From contig RBNJ01000365.1 in NCBI GenBank assembly GCA_003990765.1, positions 1 through 32,074 on the forward strand: a DNA stretch of 32,074 nt, written 5' to 3'. This DNA is from Jimgerdemannia flammicorona (Eukaryota). Under the pieces are notes generated by a model, which was not told where the DNA came from, did not search any database, and worked only from the letters and a program-made list of their open reading frames with translations. A program made the position numbers and the translations under genes. Position 1 is the first letter of the stretch. The number at the start of each line of letters is the position of its first letter. Shown in pieces: positions 10,631 to 20,991 of this stretch.

Positions 10631-12685
10631 ATGGCAACCAATGAGTATCCTGAGGTGTGTACTGGGCAGGGTGGCCCTAGAGCATTTGAATGGCAGCAAG
10701 TGGGGAGAGGCCCTAGCTTGGGAGGAAGCATGAGGGGCCTGCTGGCAGGAGGATGTGGTGGAAGAGGGGGCAGAGCTGGAGGTCAAGGGTCTGATAGAGC
10801 AAGCTTTGCAGAGAAGGTGAAGGGAGACAAGGTTAAGGGGAGTGGGTGGCTGGCTGGTTCTAGGGCTGGTGCTGCTGAGGGGAAGGGTGAGGCAAGCCTT
10901 GAGAGGGGGGGGGGTGCTCTGGCTGGGAGGGCAGATGTAGGGGCAGGAGGGGCTGTGGCTGGGAGTGTGACTGCTGATGAGAGTATGATGGAGATTCAGG
11001 AAAAAAAAAGAGATGTGATGGCTGATGGCCAGGTGGGGCAGGGGTTCCTGATGCAGAAGGGAGATCTGGCAGATAGTGTAATGGGGCTGGTGGTGGCCCC
11101 ATTGCTCAAGAAGTCGATCTTGGAGTTCGCAGTGACCTTGTGCTTCTGGGGCTTGGCAGTGATAGCGAGGATGGTTCTGGGGCTTGTTTCGAAGCAGGTG
11201 GCTGGGGTGGCCTTGGTGAAGTTTTTGAAGGATCTGGAGGGGGTCGAGGTGGGCTTTGAGGAGGCAGGCCCACTGGATGAGATACTGAAGACTGGAGTCA
11301 TGGTTGGGGAGATAGTGGTCCCTATGGTGCAGTGCTTGCGATGGGACCCCAGAGTAGTGTAGCTTCTGGTGAAGGGGGTGTCCACAGTGACTAAGGAGGA
11401 GACTAGAAAGAGGGTGGAGGAGATGATAATTGAGTATGGTGATGTAGTAGACATTGGCTTTCAGGTGTGGGAGGGGATAATGATCAGGATGGGTGACATT
11501 GATATCAGGATTAGGCTGGTGGGCAAGGAGGCCATGGAGAAGACAAGTGACTGGCCTTCTGTGCTAATGTAGGGGGCATTTATCTGTAAGGTATCAAGGG
11601 TGAAGGGGAGTGAGGAGGAGGAGGAGGACTTGTTAGAGGCACTGGAGGAGATGAGTGGAGCTGTGGAGAGGAAGGCAAGGGCCTGGAAGATGTATAAGGA
11701 GTTGACACATCTGGAGGTTGTGGAGGGGAAGTATATCCACATGGACAAGGGGCAGTGGGAGCAGGCACAGAGGCACAGGAGGCAGAGGGAGCTACTGGCA
11801 AGTATGACAGTAGAGGCAAAGAAGAAGGCAGTTGGGGCTGAGGTGTCTGGGGGCATCAAAGCCAGTGTCTGGGCTAGTAAAGGGGTAGGGAAGGTAGAGG
11901 TAGACAAGGAAGGAGATAGAAAGGTGCTGAGCAAGGACCCATTTACTGATGGCACCTTCAAGGTCTGGGAGCTGGAATTGGACTCCACTCCCCCCCCTCT
12001 GATCAGGAGGGACCCGGCTGCAAAGAGAAGGATGACAGAGGATGTGCTGATGTAGGGGGCCCAGCGAGTGCATTTTGGGGTCCCTGATATAGCGAAAGGG
12101 GGGCCAGGTGGTGGTGGCTAGTGAGGATGAGCTGGTGGATGTCCCTGAGGAGGAGTGATATGAGGCTGCCAGTATGGGTGCTGATACTGTGATGTTAGAT
12201 GTGGGCCAGCCAGGGACTCCAGGAGGGAAGGAGGTAGGAAACTTGCTGTGAATGAGCAAGGTGATAGATAACCTTGCAGCTGACATATTGGGAGAAGTGG
12301 ACCTGTAGGTTATGCCTGAGGAGCATTAGAAGCAGATTCTGCATGGTGATGGAGTGGTAGAGGTGCTGAGGGGGGAGATTCTTGCAATCCTCTTAAAGGA
12401 GGAGGGTTATGAGGTCAATGAGATGAGGAAGGCAGAGCTAGTGGTGGTTGTGGGTGAGCAGGCAACCTACTGTTGGGCTGAGCAGCATGGTTTGCAGTTC
12501 TGGAGGGAGGCCTGTCTGGAGTGTTGAGAGGAATTTGAGGAGAGAGAAGATGAGGCAATGGTAGAACTTCTGGGAGGGTTGGAGGCATGGGAAGCTGGGG
12601 AAAGGGAACTAGCTGCTGAATGTGAATTGGACTTGGTGCAGGAGGAGCTGAATGTGGACTTGTAGAGGATGGGATCTTTTTTAAA
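10631..12685 (+). pseudogene. LINE-A ORF1 (Gly-rich N-terminus, possible RRM-like middle, acidic helical C-terminus)
   Basis: Consecutive same-frame fragments 10631-11362, 11369-11572 and 11600-12055 are separated by TAG stops. Homologous to 25782-26321 and 21659-21979. Confidence 0.75.
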
Positions 12686-12696
12686 CATTATTCCTT

Positions 12697-15600
12697 ATGA
12701 ACAGTATAACTAACATTTTCTCTTTGAATGTGAATGGGTTGAGGGGTTCTGGACAGCATAAGAACATTTTTACTTGACTCAAGGGATTGGAGGCTGATCT
12801 CTTTTTACTACAGGATATTTGGTGTGAGGATGAGAATGATCAGGTAAAGTGGACTAAGGAATGGGGTAAGGCTACTGCTTGGTTTGGAAAAGTGGTAATT
12901 CTGGTAAGGAAGGGTAGAGGTGACTTGGAGGGAATCAGGAGTTGGGGTGACCACTTGGTCTGGGGAGATTAGCAGTGGCCGGGGTGGAAGTCAGTGAGGG
13001 TTGGCTCTTACTATTGCCCAGTAGTTAGGGGTGAGAGGATTGCATGGATTGAGGAGCTGCTGGAGGAGGGTATTCTCTTGGCAGAAGGGGTTGATGTGCT
13101 TGGGGGGGACTTTAATATGGTTCGGGATCAGCTTCTGGACTGCACTGATGGTGGGAGGAGTACAGGAGGGAGAAGTGGAGGCCTGGATGTATGGGAGGAG
13201 GTGGAGAGGCTGAGCTCCTTAGGGGATATGGGTAGAATACAATGGGGCAACTCCTGGGTCTATATGTATTGGATGAATGGCTTAGGTACAAGGATTGACT
13301 GAATTCTGATGGTGGAATATTGGGGGGCTGATGTCTGGAAGATGTTGGAGGTGGAATGGTGCCCATGGTTGGACCACTGGGGATGTTGGGACAGGGGTAG
13401 TTTGGGGGGAGTGGAGATGGACCTGGACATTGGTGCCTCAACTCCTCCCTGCTGGCTGAGAAGGGGTTGTGGAATTTATGGGTAGAGGACATTTAGGTGA
13501 AAGTTTCTTGGGAGGTGTGAGGGTTTGTCAGTGGGTGTCTGTTGGATGAGATTAAAAGAGGCTGTGAGAGTCTATTGGGGAGAGGCTGGGAGAGAAGCTG
13601 GGTGAAGGAGGAGGAAGCACACAAGGTGTACTTCCAGCAGACTGAGGAGGTTGCAAATGGATTGGGCAGGTTTGCTTACTTCTGATGGAGTGGAGGATTG
13701 GAGGTTAGTATAGATTAAATTGGAGATATTGGAACTGCAATAGGTGCTGAGAGAAGAGGAGGAGGTGCATATGCAGGGCATGGCTGCTAGGCTACAGTGG
13801 CAGGGGCTTGATGAGGGTGAGCAGCCCACTAGATATTTATCCCATCTGCTCAACACTAGGAGGGTGAGACATCAGTGAGATGGAGTCCTAGATGCCGATG
13901 GGGACATGGTACATGGCATGCAACAAATCTTAGGGGTTTTGAAAGAGAGATGGCAGGGTTTGTAGAGTGAGGATGAAGGGGGTACTGATGAGGTGGCTAT
14001 TGAAGATGCATTAGGGGAATGGAGGCCACCACAAGTGGCTGGACTGGATGACTTGGCCTTGCTGGTGCATGGTGAGGAGGTCTAGAGTATCCTTATAGCA
14101 ACTAAAACTGAAACAGTACCAGGGGAGGATGGACTACTGTGGGACTTCTGGAAGAAGATGGTCAAGGTCTCTGGCATTTTGGGGGAGATAACTGCTCTCT
14201 GTAATCATGTTCTTCAGAGCAGTGAGTGGGTTGGAGAGCAGGACCTCAGGCTGGTGGCTTTATTGTACAAAGACAAGGAGAGGAGAGAAGACTGGAAGAA
14301 CTGGCAACTGATCATGCTTTTGGATATAGACAGGAAGATGGTGACTAAGGTGGTTATTGCAAGGCTGCAGAAGGTTGCCCAACAGGTGCTGGGGGAGGAG
14401 CAGCAGGGCTTTGTTGGAGGTAGACTTATAAGAGATGGGACTGCTTGGGTGCATGGTATCATTGAAGGGGCCCAGGCTTGTGGCCTGGATGGAAGGTTGG
14501 TCTTTTTGGACCAGGAGAAGGCCTATGACCAGGTCCAGCAGGTTTGGCTGGGCAAGGTGCTGGATCATATTGGTATTCCTCCAGGATTTCAGACTTTTAT
14601 AGTGAATCTGCTTGAGGGCAGTTGGGCAGCACTGATATGTAATGGTTACCATAGTCTAGCATTTACCTTGAGAAGAGGGGTTCCTCAGGGGGACCCCTTG
14701 TCCCCTATTCTTTATGCTCTCTCATTGGAACTATTAATGGATAGGATTCACCAGAAGGTTGTGGGACTCTCTATCTATGGCATAGTGTGGAAGGTGGGAG
14801 CCTTTGTGGATAATATGGTGGTTGGCCTTGGGTCTGTGGCAGATGTCAAGGCACTTAAGGAGATGGTGGAATGGTTTGAGGATCACTCTGGGGTGAAGCT
14901 CCTGGCATAAGTATGAGACTATGGTGCTAGAGAATGGGCTGGTGGGTGGGGACATCATTGGAACAATTGTCTCTGCTGGTGAGGTAGTACAGTATCTGGG
15001 CATCTTTCTCTCTGTATATGGTTCTGTCTTGCCATGAGTGTGGTGGGAGAGTAGGGTGGCTATTTGGGGGGAGGTCCTTCAAGGTTGGGGAGGCTGCCAT
15101 ATCTCTCTAGCAGGGCAGGTATCGATTCTGAATACATACTGGTTCTCCAAGCTGTGGTATGTGTATACCACTTAGACTTCCTAGCTTGGGTGGTGAAGAG
15201 GCTGACAAAGGTAGCTAGGGATTGGATTTGGGCAGGGAGGAGGTCCCAGATCAGTTGGGATACTCTTGTGACACCAGTGGACAGGGGAGGTCTTGATCTT
15301 GTGGATTTCCCTAAGAGGTTATACTGCTTGTGAGCCTGGTGGTTGAAGAGAGCAGCTGAATTACAGGGAGGAGGTTGGGTACTTCTGATACAGAAGGTGT
15401 AGGAGATGAGAACCTCCCCCTGAGGGTCCTCAGGAGATCTACTCTCTTTGATAGGGCTCAATGGAATTCAGCAGCTGTGATTTAAGGACTTTTGGTGAGG
15501 AGTGGTTGATGGAGTGCACAGAATTGGTCTGCACTGATGAGGCAATGAGGGGGAGGTGTTGTGGGGTCCTTGTATGTGGCAATGGGATAGACTGCTACTG

Positions 15601-15710
15601 GGGGGTGCTCCACTTGCTGCTTTTGATATTGGGGATAGAGTGGAGTGTCAGCAGGATCTTGGCCAGGACCTTTGGCTGAGCAGTTGACAGGTAGTCGGGA
15701 TCGGCAGTGG
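12697..15710 (+). pseudogene. LINE-A ORF2: APE endonuclease + reverse transcriptase
   Basis: Endonuclease motifs FSLNVNGL, DLFLLQD, YYCP, LGGDFN, TRID*IL, LDH. RT motifs PGEDGL, WKNWQLIMLLDIDRK, QQGFVGGRLI, LDQEKAYD, GVPQGDPLSPILY, AFVDN (FADD), YLGI. Confidence 0.92.
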
Positions 15711-18315
15711 CCATAATAAGAAGAATGACAAAAAGACATTCTGGTCAAAGCCCTGCAAGAACTCCTTCAAAAACAAGAGAGATCTAAAGAAAGAAGGCCA
15801 GCTAAAGAAGGAAAGAAAAATAGGAGCAAAATTCAAGACCTCAGTTCTAAGTTGGACTAATTGGTTAGACAGATTGAAAAACTCACCATATGTGAAAATC
15901 AGAGCTACCAACAAGACAACAGAGGATATCTATTACAGAGGAACCAAGGTTATTCACCAAGAGATAATAGAAATTATCAGTAAGAAGAAAGAAGAAATCC
16001 TGTCCAAGATAGAGCCCAAGTCCAATGCTTCTACTATAGACAATCTGAACACTATGCCACTGAATGTGACAATAAAAGAAGTGACCAAAGGGACTCAGAA
16101 CTACCACACCAATAGAATGAAACCCAGTACAAGAAGACTGAGGTCCACTCTGTTGAATATTTTGAAGTAGAAAGCAATAGTGAAGACTACAGTGACCTAG
16201 ACTTGTACCTAGCCAAAGTTACTGTCTAAAAGACAGTCTACTAGGTAGAGAAAAGGAAGAGACCTGTTGGAAGGCCATCTAGGAATATCAGCAGAAGAAT
16301 CATCTAAGAAGGAGATGAAGAACATAAAGAGGAGTAAGTAGAAACACCTCCCCAAACTCCCTCACCTTTTGTTTCCAAGACAAATGAGCTACCACCAGAG
16401 GATGAAGAAATGAAACAAAAACAATGAAAACCTGCTGTACCAAAGCCCAAGAAGAAGTATGTCCCAAAGACTATACCCAGAGATATCTACAATGAAACAT
16501 GGCAAACAGGAAGCCAAGATGGAAGTCCCTCTCCTGCAGTTTCTACAACTGATATCTACTGGAGTCTGAAACAAATTACTGAGGACCACAAGGTCTAGCA
16601 CTAGCTGAGTCCCCATTCCATAGCAAGAGTCAGCTTTCACACCCACTCAAGTTACAGAAAGACATATCAGCACCTACCTACATGGAGATATTGGAGGACA
16701 AAAAGTGAAAATTCTCATAAATACAGGAGTAGCTATCTGTATTATTACCAAATAATTCCTAGGTACCCTCCAATGGTCCATTGATGGACCATCTAATCTC
16801 AGTATTATAGTAGTAGATGGAGCCTGAACTCAACCCCTTGGAGAAGTATGAAACATCACTATCTCCCTTGGATACATTTAGTTCTCCATTCTGAAAGCTA
16901 TTATCACTGAAGCTGTCACCTATGACATGATCCTCAGCACCAACTAGATGAAGAAAATGAATGCAGTTATTGATATCAGTCAACAAATACTCAAGTTCGA
17001 CTATTGAGATAAGAAGTACAAAGTTAAGGTGACCAGTTATGAGCAATCAAAGAAGGTCACCATCCAGGAGAAATATGCCAGTAGTGAAGAATCTACTACA
17101 GAAGAAGAGGAAGAATCTGAAGATGGAAATAATCCCAGACTTAATCTCCAGATCAACCTAGTAGATAATAGGCCAAAAGATAATATATAGGTCAAGAACA
17201 ATATCCCCATCACTATTGGAGCTATTGCAGGAGAAATCAAAGGATACTCTATCTGCCTCAAGAGATACAAGTGTCCCAAGTACTCCTCCAAAATAATTGG
17301 GACAAGGAATTTGCCTGGTACAATCTGCCCTGAGTGCAGAAAGAAGAAGAAGAAATGCAGACATGTTCCAGAGACACCTGCAGCCAAAGCTACAGAAGTT
17401 TAAGTAATCTGGAGTCAAGAGTCATCAGAGGAAGAAGAAATCCCTGAACAGAAAGTCTCTGAACAAAAAGCACCTGAGGAAGAAGAAGTCTCTGAACTCA
17501 TTCTCTGTGATGACTCCTACTGGACACTATATGAAGATAACAACCCTTAGAATATAGAAGAAGGACCCAGTATAATCCCCATTATTCCCAAAAAAGAAAC
17601 TCACCAAAAAAGGACTTTTCAGCTAGGAAGATATCTATACCAAATGGTCTTTTATTCTCTCTGAGACTACTGCTATCAGTGCTATCTACTAGATTAGCAA
17701 GAAAGATAGAGACCCCAAAGACTAGAACCCCAAACTATAGTTGTACAGTCAACTATCTTCCAAGAAGTTACCACTAGGTTACAAAGTCAATTTAGAGAAC
17801 AAGATCTCTTCACCTTTACAGAAGTATATCCCTTATCCACCCTTCCTCCAACTTATAACCAAGATGGATACAGATTCTCAAGATAACAAGAGATCAATAA
17901 TCAGGAATAGTATTTCCAAGTAATGGTATATTGTAACCATGAGAGATACCCAGACTTCTAAGACTGCAGACATTAGAAGATTTACCTTAGTTATGATATT
18001 GTGACCCACACCTTGAAAAGAAGAGATAACAGAGACCAGATCTGAAAAAGCCAGACCAAGAAGTCAGAAAGAAGGACCCTCAAGATCTATGATCTAAGAG
18101 AAGATATTCTAGCTCTCATCAGACATGTAATCTGCCAAGAATGAGTAGAAGATGCTACCAACTTCATGGAAGCCCTAGACTCTATAGGAAAAAGAGAAAT
18201 CAACTACCTCTGAGATCTCTCTACAGGAGCTAAATGGCCACACCTCAACCTCAGAGTCTGGAGGCTTGCTGCTAGTGGAGCTTCAGCCCAAGAATAGTCT
18301 GAACTCAGCAAGGAT

Positions 18316-18726
18316 GTTGTCCAGTATACCATGCTATATCCCAAGGCCAAACCTCCAACCAAACCTCACCCAGAAGATATAGAATATGATCTTTACAGTC
18401 TGAAGGATAAATCCATCAAGCCTGGAAGAATATTCATGATCAGAACTGGACTAGTCATATAGCCACCTCAAGGAACTTACATTTAACTGACCTCAAGGTC
18501 TGGACTTGCCAGACAAGGAATAACTATAGAAGGAGGAACCATTGATCCAGGATATATAGGTGAAATCAAGGTCATCCTGTACACAGTAGTACAGAATGAT
18601 ATCAAATCATAAGAGGACAGAAGATTGCCCTAGCAGTCTTCATGAAGGTCAAGACCCCACAATTATAAGAAGTCTCTGAACTGACTTAAGGAATAAGGCA
18701 GGCCAAAGGATTTGGAAGCTCAGATA
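18316..18726 (+). pseudogene. dut: Trimeric dUTPase domain within Gypsy pol, between protease and RT
   Basis: All five motifs are recognisable: EYDL (GYDL), SRSGLA, GGTIDPGYIGEIKVIL, a frameshifted GDRIAQ remnant and RQAKGFGSSD. Confidence 0.9.
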
Positions 18727-20588
18727 AGAAGAAAGTACATCTTCTTCAGGTCAATTACCTCAATGCACTCCCAAGCAACCAACCAAAGTTGGGAAACCAT
18801 CATCTTGCCAAAGGAACCATTATAGGACATCTGGTGTCTTTTCTCAACTGAACTCATAGAGAAGTTTATGAACTAAACTTATTGGGAAACAGCAAAAGGT
18901 CTTAGAAGAAAAGAAAGGCCCCTCTGTGACCCAGGAGACAGTGAAGCCTTTCACCAATATTGGAGAAGAATTGACACCCCAGCAATAGCAACAACTGGTA
19001 GAACTTCTCAATAAATACCAAGATATCTTCACTACTAATTATTGTAACCTGCTATATAACCAATCATATCACTACAGTATAAATACAGGAAATGTAACAT
19101 CTATCTGGCAAAAACTTTATAGAATACCTCATTACCTAAAGACATTCAAAAAGGAGCATATTCAAGAACTCTTAGACAATGGAGTCATCTGACCCTCAAC
19201 TAGCCCTTGGGCCAGCCCTATACTTATTGTACCAAAGAAAGGAGGATGGAGACTCTGCATAGATTATAGGAAACTCAATTCAGTTACCAAAAAGGATACC
19301 TATCCTTTGCCCAGAAACAATGATCTCTTAGACCAATTATAAGATACCAGATATTTCAGCAGTATGAAGCTTTTTACAGAATTCTATAAGATCTCCATGG
19401 ATCCCAAAAACATTCAGAAAACAGCCTTTCTTGCTCTAGAAAAACTATTTGAATACCTCCAAATGCCCTTTGGACTTTGCAATATACCTCCCATCTTCCA
19501 GAGAATGATAAATTCAGTCTATGCTCCCCTGATCTACTACTGCCTAATTGTATATATAGATGATTCTAATATCTACTCAGTAAATTTTGAAGAACATCTG
19601 TACCACTTAGAGGAATTTTTCAAGCTCACCCACAAGAACTACCTAAGACTCAATATCAAGAAATGTTACTTTGGAAAGCAGAAACTTAAATTTCTTGGAT
19701 TCATAGTTTCAAAAGAAGGAACTCATATAGACTCAAAGAAAACTGAGAAGATCAACAATTAGTCAGTACCCAGGACTCTGAAGAAAACACTATCATTTCT
19801 GATACTAGTGTTCTACTACAGAAGATTTATCAAGAACTTTGACCAAATTGTCACCCCAATCTAAACCATTCTCAAGAAAGAAGTGTCTTATAAATAAACA
19901 GAATCACAAGAGAAAGCCTTCAAAGAACTCAAGAACCATGTGACCATAGCACTAATTCTTATCTACTCTAATCTACAGAAGCCATTTATCTTATATACAG
20001 ATACTTCCAAAGATGATCTAGGAGCAGTTCTAGCCCAAGAAGGATCTGACCAATAGTACTATATGATAGTTTATACAAGCTAAGCAATCAATCAGCAGTA
20101 GATTAACTATGGCAGCATCAAATTGGAATACCTTACAGTCATATGGGTGGTCACTTTATTCAAGTATTATCTTATTGAAAAAAAATTTACCCTAATAACT
20201 AACCATGTAGCCCTCAAATAGTTATTCAACCACAAGGAACCTACTGGAATTCTAGCCTACTGGATTCTTATTCTTTAGGATTACAAAATCACCATCATCT
20301 ATAAAGTAGAGAAAGCTCACAACAATGTTGATGTACTTTATCACCAACCCCAATAAATCAGAAAAAGAGTGTCTCAAGGAACTATATCCTAAAGAAAGCT
20401 TCTCAGACAATTGAAGCACAAGAAGATCTTATCCAAAAAGAATATCAGAAAGCCCACCAAAGATAAGCAAACATAGAGGAGAAGCTGTAAACAATACATC
20501 AATATTGACCTAAACTCAGAATACAAGTTCAGAATATACTCAAGAAATGTGATATCTGCCAGAGATACAAAGGAAGGAAGAACCATCA

Positions 20589-20604
20589 GGCACCTTTACA
20601 ATCA
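20589..20604 (+). repeat. Left target-site duplication of LINE-B (16 bp)
   Basis: ggcacctttacaatca versus ggcatctttacaacca at 31125-31140; 14/16 identical and both mismatches are C/T. Confidence 0.9.
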
Positions 20605-20991
20605 GACTTCTTTTGCTCAAACCACTTGGAGTGAGCTAAGCTACATAGATATCTTTCAGTGAAAGACAATATGTTTTTAAGTTTTTATTTCAATCACACT
20701 AGTGTAAATTGTATAGCAGAAGTCTATCTACAAAGCACAATAAGTTTTGACACAAACCATTATATTTTGGTGACATAGCTAGTTAAGGTTCCTCTACTAA
20801 AGAGGAAAAGGCATGGCCTGAGCCTCTCTAAGAGTTTTGCAGCTATTGCAGGGGCTGGTGTGGCTGCTGGAGGAGCTGGTGGTCAGGGGAGGACTGGTGG
20901 AGTTGAGGGCTAACATATGGTGGTGGCGCAGAAGGGCTGCAGCCAAGCCCTTGAGAGTGGGGCAGAGAGGATATAGTATTGACAGGGGGAG
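20605..20991 (+). mobile_element. LINE-B 5' UTR and ORF1 N-terminus (continues at 25722 after the LINE-C insertion)
   Basis: GLSLSKSFAAIAGAGVAAGGAGGQG resembles LINE-A GPSLGGSMRGLLAGG. The frame joins EGSGDVSGG...MMLGTSSSG when 20992-25721 is removed. Confidence 0.8.
20979..20991 (+). repeat. Left target-site duplication of LINE-C (about 13 bp)
   Basis: ttgacagggggag versus ttgatagaaagag at 25709-25721, directly after the polyA; all 4 differences are C>T or G>A. Confidence 0.75.

Larger units (their letters stand above)
10539..15710 (+). mobile_element. LINE-A: L1/Tx1-like non-LTR retrotransposon, 5'-complete and 3'-truncated
   Basis: About 90 bp of 5' UTR, ORF1 from ATG 10631 and ORF2 from ATG 12697. 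It ends abruptly before the C-terminal Zn-finger and polyA seen in the other copies. Confidence 0.9.
15711..20604 (+). mobile_element. Ty3/Gypsy copy B, left part: gag C-terminus, protease, extra region, dUTPase, RT, RNase H, integrase HHCC
   Basis: Zinc knuckle CFY(Y)RQSEHYATEC at 16026-16067; protease ILINTGVAIC (DTG) at ~16711-16740; [26 protein letters not shown] and YIDD (19553-19564); RNase H LYTDTSKDDLGAVLAQ; integrase KAHQ..Y*PKL..CDICQRYK. The PR-RT-RH-IN order indicates Ty3/Gypsy. Confidence 0.93.

Noticed and set aside
10568..15748. Many Ser/Pro/His-rich minus-strand ORFs (also within 20797-30584)
   Set aside because: They are antisense shadows of G-rich LINE coding sequence with no independent motifs.
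7400..17600. Gypsy A and B as one element split by LINEs
   Set aside because: They overlap in homology over about 1.8 kb and are diverged, so they are two copies.
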